From: Bacteroidetes bacterium GWF2_33_16
GTDB taxonomy: Bacteria > Bacteroidota > Bacteroidia > Bacteroidales > UBA12077
Length of the DNA stretch: 64,000 nt
Assembly: GCA_001768565.1 (NCBI GenBank)
Contig: MEOE01000014.1
Location: forward strand, 146,267-210,266
Direction of reading: 5' to 3'
A program made the translations under genes and the position numbers. Shown piece by piece: positions 48,071-56,977 of this stretch. A model generated the notes under the pieces. That model was not told the DNA's origin and made no database searches. It was given only the letters and a program-made list of their open reading frames with translations. How positions within the stretch are numbered: position 1 is the stretch's first letter; every line of letters begins with the position of its first letter.

Positions 48071-48148
48071 AGCTATGAGCTGTCAGCTTTGAGCTGCGAG
48101 TTCTCATATTTCTATCTTGTTGCTCGGAGCTAGAAGCTCGTGGCTATT
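48071..48148. repeat. AGCTNNN heptad arrays (two blocks) directly after the AddA-like stop
   Basis: AGCTATG AGCTGTC AGCTTTG AGCTGCG at 48071, 48078, 48085 and 48092. AGCTAGA AGCTCGT GGCTATT at 48128, 48135 and 48142. Positions 48078-48095 match 35269-35286 at 16 of 18 bases. Confidence 0.65.
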
Positions 48149-51100
48149 TTATTCGATTTTTCGAATAAAATTTAAATCCACATACCACAAATATCCTTCA
48201 ACAGTCTTGTTTTCCATTGATCTCAATATTTCCATATAGTTTCGGACTTGCTTGTGATGTTTTTCTTCTTCCTGCTCACCAAACTTAAAATCGATAACTA
48301 TCGTTTTATCTTTACCAATTAGAACTCTGTCGGGACGGGATATTTTACCGCCTTTTAGAACAATCTCTGATTCACTTTTAACTTTCCATTCACTACTAAA
48401 CCAGTTTTTAATTTGCTCGTTTTTAAATAGTTTGCTAATATTTTTTAGTATATCCTCTTTTCCTTTGGGAGAAATTTTTCCTTCAAAAATCATCTTGTTA
48501 ATAGCATTTGGAATATCCTTCTCAGTGGTAATATTTTCAAATATCTCATGCATTATTTTGCCATGATTTACTTTCTCAAATGCAGTACTTTCTTTGCCTG
48601 TAAAAAATGAATTGTCATGAAGTTTCAATCGCAGTTTGTTCGTAATATCAAACGATTGGTAACTATCGATTGTTAACTCTTCATGTGTTTCTTTGGATTT
48701 CGTTTTAAAGTATTTAAGTTCTCCAAGATTAAATTCATAGTTTTCTTTGCTAAAGAATCTATCAAAATCGATCGATTCATTATTCTCGTTTCTGGAATAA
48801 CTCGATGTATTGCCATAAACAAACTGCAACAAATCGCTTATGTTTGTTATCGAAGAAAGTTTATCTTTATGAGGAGAAAAGGTATAAAGCGCCTGCTCTG
48901 CTCTTGTAAATGCCACATACAATAGATTCAAATTATCAACATAGGCATGCATTTTTTCGTTAAGATAATCGCTACTAAAAATGGTTTTTACTAACTCTTT
49001 GCCATATTTTACTGGTAATAACTCCAATTTATTGAATGGTTCTTGATTTGGTTCGCACCATAAAATATTTGTCATAAAAGATTTATGATCAATTTCCCAA
49101 CTGCAAAAAGGGATTAATACTGCCTTAAATTCAAGTCCCTTTGATCTGTGAATTGTAATAATTCGGATAGCATCTTGATTATCCGATATTTTAAGTGTTT
49201 GCTGAATGCCTTTTTCATTCCACCATTCAATAAAAGAATGTATATCGGCCGATTTATTGCGGCTAAAATTCAGAACAATATCTTGAAATGCCTGTAAATA
49301 TGGAATATCTTGTTTTATATTTTGCAGATTTAATAACCTGACAATTCGATCAGTAAGTTCAAACAGCGGAAGTTGTTTCATTAAGCTGATTGATTCAATA
49401 AATTCTTCAGGCAGATACTTCTTTAATCTTGTTTTCTTATCATCCTCAGTTTGATTTTTAAGATATTCGTGTGCATCGTTTTCTCCAATATTCTTTTGTA
49501 ACACATTTTTCTGGTATGCCCAAATTAGATAGGCTGTGTTGATATTATCGTCTTCGTTTAAAAGAAAATTTAATACTGAAATAACAATGGGTACTAAAGT
49601 TGAATTAATTAGAAAAAGCGAATCGTTTGAGATAAAGTCGAAGCGATAAGTAGATTCTTTGGGTAATGATTGCTTATACTGAATGAGTGAATTGGCAATT
49701 TCCTGACCCTCGGTACCTTTGCGCACCAATATAGCAATATCATTTAGGCTGAAACCCTTATCCTGTAATTCTTCAATGATTTTGGGCAAACGAGATTTTA
49801 CTTCATCTTTCCAATGGTTGCTATCTTCATTTTTTGGGATAAAGCAATGCTGAATAAAACCACCTTCGTTTGTTATGTTTGAAGGACTCTGCTGAAAAAT
49901 ATCGTTATATGCATTTTTAATTTTATTTTCAAATTCGGTGGGAGTTTCTAATTCGCTATTGAATTTTTCCTGCAATACCTGTGCCGAGTACCAAAATACA
50001 GAATTGTTATAATCAATAATGTTTTTGCGGCTACGCCAGTTAGTTGTAAGTGATTTTGGATTTAACGTAAATTGGTTAAAATCGTTATTAACATCTTCAG
50101 CAAGTATTTTCCAGTCGCTGTTTCGCCAGCGGTATATCGATTGTTTTACATCACCTACAAGTAAGTTTGAGTTTCCTTCAGAAAGGCTGTTGCCAATCAA
50201 CGGTTTAAAGTTATGCCACTGAATATGTGATGTATCCTGAAACTCATCAATCATAAAATGCTTGAATATACTGCCTGTTTTCTCGTAAATGAATGGTGAA
50301 TCGTTGTTGTCGATTATAAGTTGTAAAAGCTTCCCTGCATCTGAAATAAGAAAGATACCTTCTTCTTCGCAGTGTAAATGTAGTTTTTCTGCTATATCTG
50401 TAAGTATGCCGAGAGTATGAATAAATTTAAGGATACTCTGTGTTGTATAATAATTGGTGTAATTTTCGTTGTAAAAATTAACTGCATTCAATAATTGTTC
50501 GAATAAACCATTGTGTAGTGCATTTTCGATAATGTCTTTTTTGGGACTACCTTTCTTAATCCAGGGATCAATACTTTCTGTTCCGCTTAAAGTTCTTTTA
50601 CCTGGCTCAAAATCAGTTTTATCTGAAATTTTAAGAAAATAACCTGGAACGCCTGATTTACCATAACTGAAGTCATCTAAGGTCAGTCCATTATTTTCTA
50701 TAATTTTTAATCCTTCCTTACCAAAGTTCATGAGTGTATTTTCAAACCTGGCTTTTATTTCCTGTAGTTCATTCAGATAGCTTTTCAAGAATGTTTTATC
50801 ACTCATTTTCTTGATAAGCTCTTTATTAAAAGCTTTGTATTCCTCTTTAAAAATCTCTTGTGCAAGCTTTAAAACATCTGATTTAAAATCCCATCTCGAA
50901 CCTTCTTCAATGTTTGTAGATGCAAAGTTCACAAGCCATTCACGTAGACTGGAGTTAGTATCAAGATCGAGCAATAGCTCATCAACAACCTTATTCAAAA
51001 TTTCAGAATGATCCAATTCAACCGTATATCCGGGTTGAATACCAACTTCACGGGTAAAAGAACGAATGATTTTCTGGAAGAAAGTGTCAATAGTGTTCAC

Positions 51101-51409
51101 AGAGAACTTTGAAAAATCATGTAAGATTAGCGATAATATCTGCTGTGCCTTGGTTTGTATTTCGCTTTGGGTGAGATTGAATGTGGTTGTAAGTAAAGTC
51201 AAATATCCTGAATCCATTCCTCTTGATAGATTATACAGTTCTTTCAGTATTCGCCCTTTCATCTCTGCTGTTGCTTTGTTTGTAAAAGTTACAGCAAGTA
51301 TTCTTCGATAATTTATTGGATTACGAAAAAGTAACAATAAATACTCTTCGGTAAGCTTGTATGTTTTGCCAGATCCAGCTGATGCTTTGTATATTGTAAG
51401 TTGCGACAT
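48149..51409 (-). CDS. AddA/RecB-like UvrD-family helicase-nuclease
   Basis: Walker A ASAGSGKTYKLT, UvrD motifs (FTNKATAEM, DEFQDTS, VGDVKQSIYRWR, TIHRSKGLEF) and a C-terminal PD-(D/E)XK domain (RPDRV...VIDFKFG...QVRNY). The start is at the ATG at 51409; the ORF-track start is a TTG. Confidence 0.85.
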   Translation of the reverse strand: MSQLTIYKASAGSGKTYKLTEEYLLLLFRNPINYRRILAVTFTNKATAEMKGRILKELYNLSRGMDSGYLTLLTTTFNLTQSEIQTKAQQILSLILHDFSKFSVNTIDTFFQKIIRSFTREVGIQPGYTVELDHSEILNKVVDELLLDLDTNSSLREWLVNFASTNIEEGSRWDFKSDVLKLAQEIFKEEYKAFNKELIKKMSDKTFLKSYLNELQEIKARFENTLMNFGKEGLKIIENNGLTLDDFSYGKSGVPGYFLKISDKTDFEPGKRTLSGTESIDPWIKKGSPKKDIIENALHNGLFEQLLNAVNFYNENYTNYYTTQSILKFIHTLGILTDIAEKLHLHCEEEGIFLISDAGKLLQLIIDNNDSPFIYEKTGSIFKHFMIDEFQDTSHIQWHNFKPLIGNSLSEGNSNLLVGDVKQSIYRWRNSDWKILAEDVNNDFNQFTLNPKSLTTNWRSRKNIIDYNNSVFWYSAQVLQEKFNSELETPTEFENKIKNAYNDIFQQSPSNITNEGGFIQHCFIPKNEDSNHWKDEVKSRLPKIIEELQDKGFSLNDIAILVRKGTEGQEIANSLIQYKQSLPKESTYRFDFISNDSLFLINSTLVPIVISVLNFLLNEDDNINTAYLIWAYQKNVLQKNIGENDAHEYLKNQTEDDKKTRLKKYLPEEFIESISLMKQLPLFELTDRIVRLLNLQNIKQDIPYLQAFQDIVLNFSRNKSADIHSFIEWWNEKGIQQTLKISDNQDAIRIITIHRSKGLEFKAVLIPFCSWEIDHKSFMTNILWCEPNQEPFNKLELLPVKYGKELVKTIFSSDYLNEKMHAYVDNLNLLYVAFTRAEQALYTFSPHKDKLSSITNISDLLQFVYGNTSSYSRNENNESIDFDRFFSKENYEFNLGELKYFKTKSKETHEELTIDSYQSFDITNKLRLKLHDNSFFTGKESTAFEKVNHGKIMHEIFENITTEKDIPNAINKMIFEGKISPKGKEDILKNISKLFKNEQIKNWFSSEWKVKSESEIVLKGGKISRPDRVLIGKDKTIVIDFKFGEQEEEKHHKQVRNYMEILRSMENKTVEGYLWYVDLNFIRKIE

Positions 51410-51599
51410 TAAATGGAATAAAATGAATCCTTGTTTGATGTTAAAATTAAGCAAAAATCTCTGCTAGATTGCATTTATTTTTCAACAGGCATTTTAAGGT
51501 TTTAAATGATTAATAATAAAAGTGTTTTAAAACAGTTTTTGTATACTTTGGATTTAAATTACTTTTATAGAATAATCTTCCATTTTCAAAATGTATATT

Positions 51600-53903
51600 A
51601 TGAGAAAAATACTTTTATTTCTGTTGTTTACTATGTTCACTAATAGCATATTACTTGCTCAATGGCAAAAAACAACAGTTCCTTTTGGGGGTATTGTAAA
51701 CTGTGTTTATGAAAAGGGCGATACCGTTTTGGCTGGCACATCTCAACATGGTGGATTTTTCTTTTCACCTGATGGTGGAGATAATTGGGTATCTCGAAAA
51801 ATTTTGGATGACTATCCTGCTGTACAAACAATTGAAATGCATAATGATACACTGTTTGTTGGTAGTAATCAGGGAATTAGTTTTTCAACAAATTTTGGTG
51901 AAACATGGAGTAAAGCAAATATTAATATGACTGCAATTTACCAATTCAATTTTCTTAATAATTTTGCATATGCTGGTACATCAAGTGGTTTATATAAATC
52001 AATTGACCATGGTTTGAACTGGGAGCGAATTGATACAACCCTTACTCAATATGCAATTACTTCAGTTGAAATTAAAGATTCTTGTATTTTCTCGGGTACA
52101 TGGATGAATGGATTATTCAGATCAACTGATCATGGTGTAACCTGGACTCCTGTTAATAATGGTTTAACACAACCTTTTATTCGGAATATGTTAATTGATG
52201 GAGATGATATTTTTGTTGGTACAGCTTCAGGGGGGCTGTTTTTATCAACAGATAATGGAGAAAATTGGGTACAAAAGAATAATGGATTATACAATTGGTT
52301 TATTAATGACTTGGAAAAAAATGAAAATTTCTTATATGTTGGAACCTGGGATGGTGTTTATATTTCAGATGATAATGGGGATAATTGGAATAAAATAGTT
52401 AATGGATTAATTGATACCGAAATTAGAGCCTTATCTGTTGATGATAGCATTCTTTATGCTGCAACAAGTGGTCATGGCATTTTTAAGTCCGATTATCTGG
52501 GTACTGAATGGACCGAAAAAAACAATGGTTTAGCTGGATTAGAAATATCAGCTTTAGTAACATTAGATGGCAAAATAATTGCAGGTACAGATATGGGAGG
52601 AGTATTTGTCAGTTCTCTTACTAATTTAAGTTGGACTCCATGTAATGATGGATTACCAGTTAAGTGGATAACATCAATGGTCGCTTTAGGCAATACAATT
52701 GTTGCAGGAAATGATGGAATATATACATCAAAAGATTATGGCCAAAATTGGAATGAAGCTAGTACTGGTCTAACAAGTCATCAAATTGATGCTATGCTAA
52801 CATTAGAAAATAAAATATTTATTGGAACTTTTGATGGAGTTTTTATGTCTGAAGATACTGCTAAGAATTGGACAAATGTAAGCAATGGTTTAACGGATTT
52901 ATTTATTCAATCTTTATCATGCAGTAATGGTAATCTATTCACAGGGCCAGCAGGTGTAGGTATATTTATGTCAACTGATACTGCAAAAACGTGGATTAAT
53001 ATCAGTAATGATTTGTTAAGTTCAGCAACTGTAAGTGCCATTTTAGCTATAGATACATGTATTTATGCAGGAACAAGGGGTTATGGAGTACTAATAACTA
53101 AAGATTATGGGCAAAGTTGGACTATGATGAACAACGGATTAAATATAATGGGTGAATTAAGTATAAATTCTCTAAATCATGTGGGAGATACAATAATTGC
53201 TGGTACAGAGAAAGGTATGTTTGTTTTTAATAATGAAGATTCTACATGGCATAAAGATTTTTCAAAAAACAGTAACAAATTAAATATTAAGAGCACCGAA
53301 ATTGATTCAATAGCAATTAGTACAATATATAATAACAATTATTATTTATATGTAGGTACTAAAAACAGCGATATTTGGATAAAAAAACTTAGAAATGCTT
53401 TAAGTGTTTCTAATGAAAATTTAATCATTGGTTCTGAAGAAAATAGTACAGTTTCATTTAATATTACATCAAATACGAATTGGTTAATAACAAATATCCC
53501 ATCCTGGTTAAATGTTAATTTTGAATCTGGTACTGGGAATAAAGAAATAACAATTACCGCCGAAGAAAATTCAAATGAAAGTCTTAGATCGGATACCTTA
53601 ATAGTTACATCAGAAGGAGTTGAGAGCAAAAAGGTTGTAGTAACTCAACAAGGTAATATAACTGGTTTAATTAATTTGGGGATTAATACTATTTATATTT
53701 ATCCAAATCCAACAAATAATCTAATAAATATTAAAAATCTCGATGCAAATTCTAGAATTACTATTACAAATTTGCAAGGGATTTCAATTATTGATAATGA
53801 GTGTAAAGATTATTTTGATTTAAGTAGTTTTAATGCTGGAATATATCTTGTTAAAATCAAATTTAATAATTCAGTAATTGTAAAAAAAGTTATTAAATAC
53901 TAA
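51600..53903 (+). CDS. Secreted BNR/sortilin-like multi-blade beta-propeller protein with BACON-like domain and T9SS C-terminal sorting domain
   Basis: About 13 S-x-D-x-G-x-x-W repeats at ~45-aa spacing, a BACON-like segment (~53391-53660) and a T9SS CTD (IYIYPNPTNNLINI...GIYLVKIKF...). The alternative ATG is at 51591. Confidence 0.8.
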   Translation: MRKILLFLLFTMFTNSILLAQWQKTTVPFGGIVNCVYEKGDTVLAGTSQHGGFFFSPDGGDNWVSRKILDDYPAVQTIEMHNDTLFVGSNQGISFSTNFGETWSKANINMTAIYQFNFLNNFAYAGTSSGLYKSIDHGLNWERIDTTLTQYAITSVEIKDSCIFSGTWMNGLFRSTDHGVTWTPVNNGLTQPFIRNMLIDGDDIFVGTASGGLFLSTDNGENWVQKNNGLYNWFINDLEKNENFLYVGTWDGVYISDDNGDNWNKIVNGLIDTEIRALSVDDSILYAATSGHGIFKSDYLGTEWTEKNNGLAGLEISALVTLDGKIIAGTDMGGVFVSSLTNLSWTPCNDGLPVKWITSMVALGNTIVAGNDGIYTSKDYGQNWNEASTGLTSHQIDAMLTLENKIFIGTFDGVFMSEDTAKNWTNVSNGLTDLFIQSLSCSNGNLFTGPAGVGIFMSTDTAKTWINISNDLLSSATVSAILAIDTCIYAGTRGYGVLITKDYGQSWTMMNNGLNIMGELSINSLNHVGDTIIAGTEKGMFVFNNEDSTWHKDFSKNSNKLNIKSTEIDSIAISTIYNNNYYLYVGTKNSDIWIKKLRNALSVSNENLIIGSEENSTVSFNITSNTNWLITNIPSWLNVNFESGTGNKEITITAEENSNESLRSDTLIVTSEGVESKKVVVTQQGNITGLINLGINTIYIYPNPTNNLINIKNLDANSRITITNLQGISIIDNECKDYFDLSSFNAGIYLVKIKFNNSVIVKKVIKY

Positions 53904-53942
53904 TTGAAATAGATTAGTTAATCTTATTGTAGAACTTCTTAT

Positions 53943-53983
53943 AGAATCGTAAATGATAATTTTTATCATACGGTTCTTTTTTT
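53943..53983 (+). terminator. Rho-independent terminator
   Basis: Imperfect AGAATCGTAAATGATAA / TTATCATACGGTTCT hairpin followed by TTTTTTT. Confidence 0.65.
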
Positions 53984-54097
53984 ATAATATTGATAATTTG
54001 TAGAGTGAATTTTCTAAATTTTTAAGCAATCCTTTTCCAGTAACTCAATTACAGAAAAGTCAAAATTCAAAATTGTTAATCATAAACAAAAAATAAA

Positions 54098-54105
54098 TAC
54101 CTTTG
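54098..54105 (+). promoter_or_regulatory. Putative Bacteroidetes -7 promoter element upstream of mnmA
   Basis: TACCTTTG matches TAnnTTTG and ends 26 nt before the ATG at 54132. Confidence 0.4.
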
Positions 54106-54131
54106 TCAACTGATTTTAAATCATTTTATTG

Positions 54132-55298
54132 ATGAAAACTGTTGTAGTAGGCATGTCGGGTGGGGTTGATTCAAGTGTTGCTGCATATCTTTTAAAACAA
54201 CAAGGATATGAAGTAATTGGCTTATTTATGAAAAACTGGGACGATTCATCCGTTACACTCACCAGCAATTGCACATGGGAAGATGATTTGCTTTTTGCCG
54301 AAATGGTTTCAAAAAAAATTGGTATTCCTTTACATACTGTTGATTTGAGTGATCAGTATCGCAAACGTGTTGTTGAGTATATGTTTGCTGAGTACGAACG
54401 TGGTCGCACACCAAATCCTGATGTATTGTGTAACCGCGAAATAAAATTCGATATTTTTATCGACGAAGCAGTAAAGCTCGGAGCGGAGTTTGTTGCAACT
54501 GGTCATTATTGCCGAAAAGAAACTTTTGAAATAAATAATCAACCGGTTTACCGATTGTTAGCAGGTAAAGATCCAAATAAAGACCAGAGTTATTTTTTGT
54601 GTCAGTTAAGTCAACACCAGCTTTCACGGGCACTATTCCCAATTGGAGAGTTGCTAAAACCCGAAGTTCGTAAAATTGCCGATGAGCAAGGTTTAGCTAC
54701 TGCAGCACGTAAAGATTCGCAAGGAATATGTTTTGTGGGAAAAGTAGATTTACCAACTTTCCTTCAGCAAAAGTTGCAAGCTAAAAAAGGCGATATTATT
54801 GAAATACCCGAAAGTTATTATGCTGATCTTAATGAATCTAATGAATTAAATGAACTTTCAAAAGCATTTACTTATAAGCGCGAAGATGGACACATAATGG
54901 CGGTTCATCGCGGTGCTCATTTTTATACAATTGGTCAACGTAAAGGATTAAATATTGGTGGAACAGGAAAACCAATGTACGTAATTGCCATAGATGTAGA
55001 CGAAAATATTGTGTATGTTGGTTGTGGTGATGAGCACCCGGGTTTGTATCGCAAAGGTTTGTTTATTACAAATGATGAAATTCATTGGATTCGAAGCGAT
55101 ATTGAAATGAACAATGATGATAATAGAAAATACCTTGTTCGTATCCGATACCGTCAACCATTGCAGGAAGCCATATTAATTAAAAAAGAAGAAGGCATCT
55201 ATATTGTATTTGAGAAACCACAACGTGGAATAGCTCCCGGGCAGTTTGCTGCATGGTATGATGGGGAGGAATTAGTAGGATCAGGAACAATAAATTAA
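54132..55298 (+). CDS. mnmA: tRNA-specific 2-thiouridylase
   Basis: The VVVGMSGGVDSSVAAYLLKQQGYEVIGLFMKNW PP-loop and full-length MnmA pattern (NPDVLCN, KDQSYFL). The first ATG is at 54132. Confidence 0.95.
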   Translation: MKTVVVGMSGGVDSSVAAYLLKQQGYEVIGLFMKNWDDSSVTLTSNCTWEDDLLFAEMVSKKIGIPLHTVDLSDQYRKRVVEYMFAEYERGRTPNPDVLCNREIKFDIFIDEAVKLGAEFVATGHYCRKETFEINNQPVYRLLAGKDPNKDQSYFLCQLSQHQLSRALFPIGELLKPEVRKIADEQGLATAARKDSQGICFVGKVDLPTFLQQKLQAKKGDIIEIPESYYADLNESNELNELSKAFTYKREDGHIMAVHRGAHFYTIGQRKGLNIGGTGKPMYVIAIDVDENIVYVGCGDEHPGLYRKGLFITNDEIHWIRSDIEMNNDDNRKYLVRIRYRQPLQEAILIKKEEGIYIVFEKPQRGIAPGQFAAWYDGEELVGSGTIN

Positions 55299-55317
55299 AT
55301 ACAGAATAATCTTTAAA

Positions 55318-56253
55318 ATGTTTAAACATCTATTTGGACCTGTACCTTCGAGAAGATTAGGAATGTCACTTGGTGTTGATTTAGTTCCGCATAAAGTGTG
55401 TTCCCTAAATTGCATTTACTGCGAGTGTGGTGCAACAACTATCTTGACTACAGAGCGTAAAGAATATGTTTCGTATGATGAAATTATTTCTGAGCTTAAT
55501 GAGTTTTTTAAGAATAATCCAAATCCTGAATACATTACATTCTCAGGCGCTGGTGAGCCAACTCTGAATATTCATATTGGTCGTATAATTGAATACATAA
55601 AGCAGCATTTTCAGGGAATTCCTGTTGCTGTATTAACGAATGGAACATTGCTGTCAAATCCTGAAGTGCGAAAGGAATTGTTACTTTCTGATTTGGTATT
55701 GCCTTCACTTGATGCAGCTAATGATGTCGCTTTTCGAAAGATTGATCGCCCATTAAAGGATTTTAGTATTGCAAATTATATACAGGGATTAATTGATTTT
55801 AGCAACGAATTTAAAGGTGAAATCTGGCTCGAAGTGATGATCATGCCTGGATTTAATGATGATATGAAAAGCCTTGATTTATTGAAAGAAACTTTACTCA
55901 AAATTAATCCTGAAAAGATTCAGTTGAATACTCTCGATCGACCAGGTGTTATCGAAAATATACGAGCAGCAAGTCGAATTGAGCTCCAAAATATTATAGA
56001 TCTATGGCAATTACCTAATGTTGAAATTATTGCTGCATCAGCAAAACGAAAAGAAAACCAATCTTTTAGAAAAGATATTGAAAATACAATTGTGGAAACA
56101 ATATCGCGCAGACCTTGTACACTAGAAGATTTACAAAATATACTTGGTTTACATGTTAACGAAATAAACAAATACCTCGATGTTCTCGATGCCGACGGGA
56201 AATTAACAACCTACAGGCAGGAGAGAGGCGTGTTTTATCAATTCAAAAAATAA
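55318..56253 (+). CDS. Radical SAM protein with C-terminal winged-helix-like tail
   Basis: CX3CX2C at residues 28/32/35 (CSLNCIYCEC), preceded by FGPVPSRRLGMSLGVDL. The last ~60 aa look like a wHTH. Confidence 0.8.
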   Translation: MFKHLFGPVPSRRLGMSLGVDLVPHKVCSLNCIYCECGATTILTTERKEYVSYDEIISELNEFFKNNPNPEYITFSGAGEPTLNIHIGRIIEYIKQHFQGIPVAVLTNGTLLSNPEVRKELLLSDLVLPSLDAANDVAFRKIDRPLKDFSIANYIQGLIDFSNEFKGEIWLEVMIMPGFNDDMKSLDLLKETLLKINPEKIQLNTLDRPGVIENIRAASRIELQNIIDLWQLPNVEIIAASAKRKENQSFRKDIENTIVETISRRPCTLEDLQNILGLHVNEINKYLDVLDADGKLTTYRQERGVFYQFKK

Positions 56254-56275
56254 ATTTCAACCATTAGATCTTTTT

Positions 56276-56773
56276 TTATTCAGCAATATTTTTCTTTTCT
56301 AATTTTTTATGGATTTCCGGAACAAGCAATAATGCCGCACTTCCATACCAGGGTTTAAGTTCCATAACCAGACTTCCTGCCTGAATTGCTGGATCGGTTT
56401 CTGTTAATTTCTTTGCTTCTTCTATGGTTTCAACATCAAAAATATATATTCCACGAACATCATCAATATCATCCATAAATGGACCAGCAATAATAAGCTT
56501 CCCTTCATCAGCCAGACGCATAATATTTTCAAGGTGTGCCTTTTGCAGTTTTGCTGCTTCAACTGAATCTGTTGGGCGATTTGGTCCTCGTTTTAAAAAT
56601 GCAATTACATATTTTTTCATACCAAATTCATCGGCTTCTAATGTATTTATAAGCGATGAATCAATAACCTGTTCGGCAAGGGTTTTTGCTTTAGTTATTT
56701 CAACTTGCTTTGGCTGGCAGGCAAATATTATTGTAATTATTACAATAATTACAAGAATGATTGATTTCTTCAT
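56276..56773 (-). CDS. YciI-like domain protein with lipoprotein-type signal peptide
   Basis: N-terminal MKKSIILVIIVIITIIFAC. The C-terminal half (GKLIIAGPF...RGIYIF...EEAKKLTETDPAIQAG) resembles the YciI/DGPF fold family. Confidence 0.5.
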   Translation of the reverse strand: MKKSIILVIIVIITIIFACQPKQVEITKAKTLAEQVIDSSLINTLEADEFGMKKYVIAFLKRGPNRPTDSVEAAKLQKAHLENIMRLADEGKLIIAGPFMDDIDDVRGIYIFDVETIEEAKKLTETDPAIQAGSLVMELKPWYGSAALLLVPEIHKKLEKKNIAE

Positions 56774-56977
56774 ATAGTTATATTTTTGTAGTTATTATCT
56801 TACAAATAATAAAACAAAGGTATTAATAAATTGTTTTTTCATAAAATAGTAAAGGGATTGTTATTAAAGAAGGTAAATTCTACTTTCCTTTTGAAATGTA
56901 TTTACAAAGGAATAAAAAAATATCTAATTACTGTTCTAGAAAAATAATTGTAATTTCGATGACTAAATAATGGAGAA

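Noticed and set aside
51410-51454. N-terminal extensions in the ORF track that begin at TTG codons. Others are at 60936-60980, 39263-39361, 25089-25139, 28427-28444, 19577-19648, 18577-18603 and 54129-54131.
   Set aside because: In each case an in-frame ATG slightly downstream gives the N-terminus typical of the family. The extension also overlaps a neighbouring gene, operator or terminator. The shorter models are preferred but not proven.
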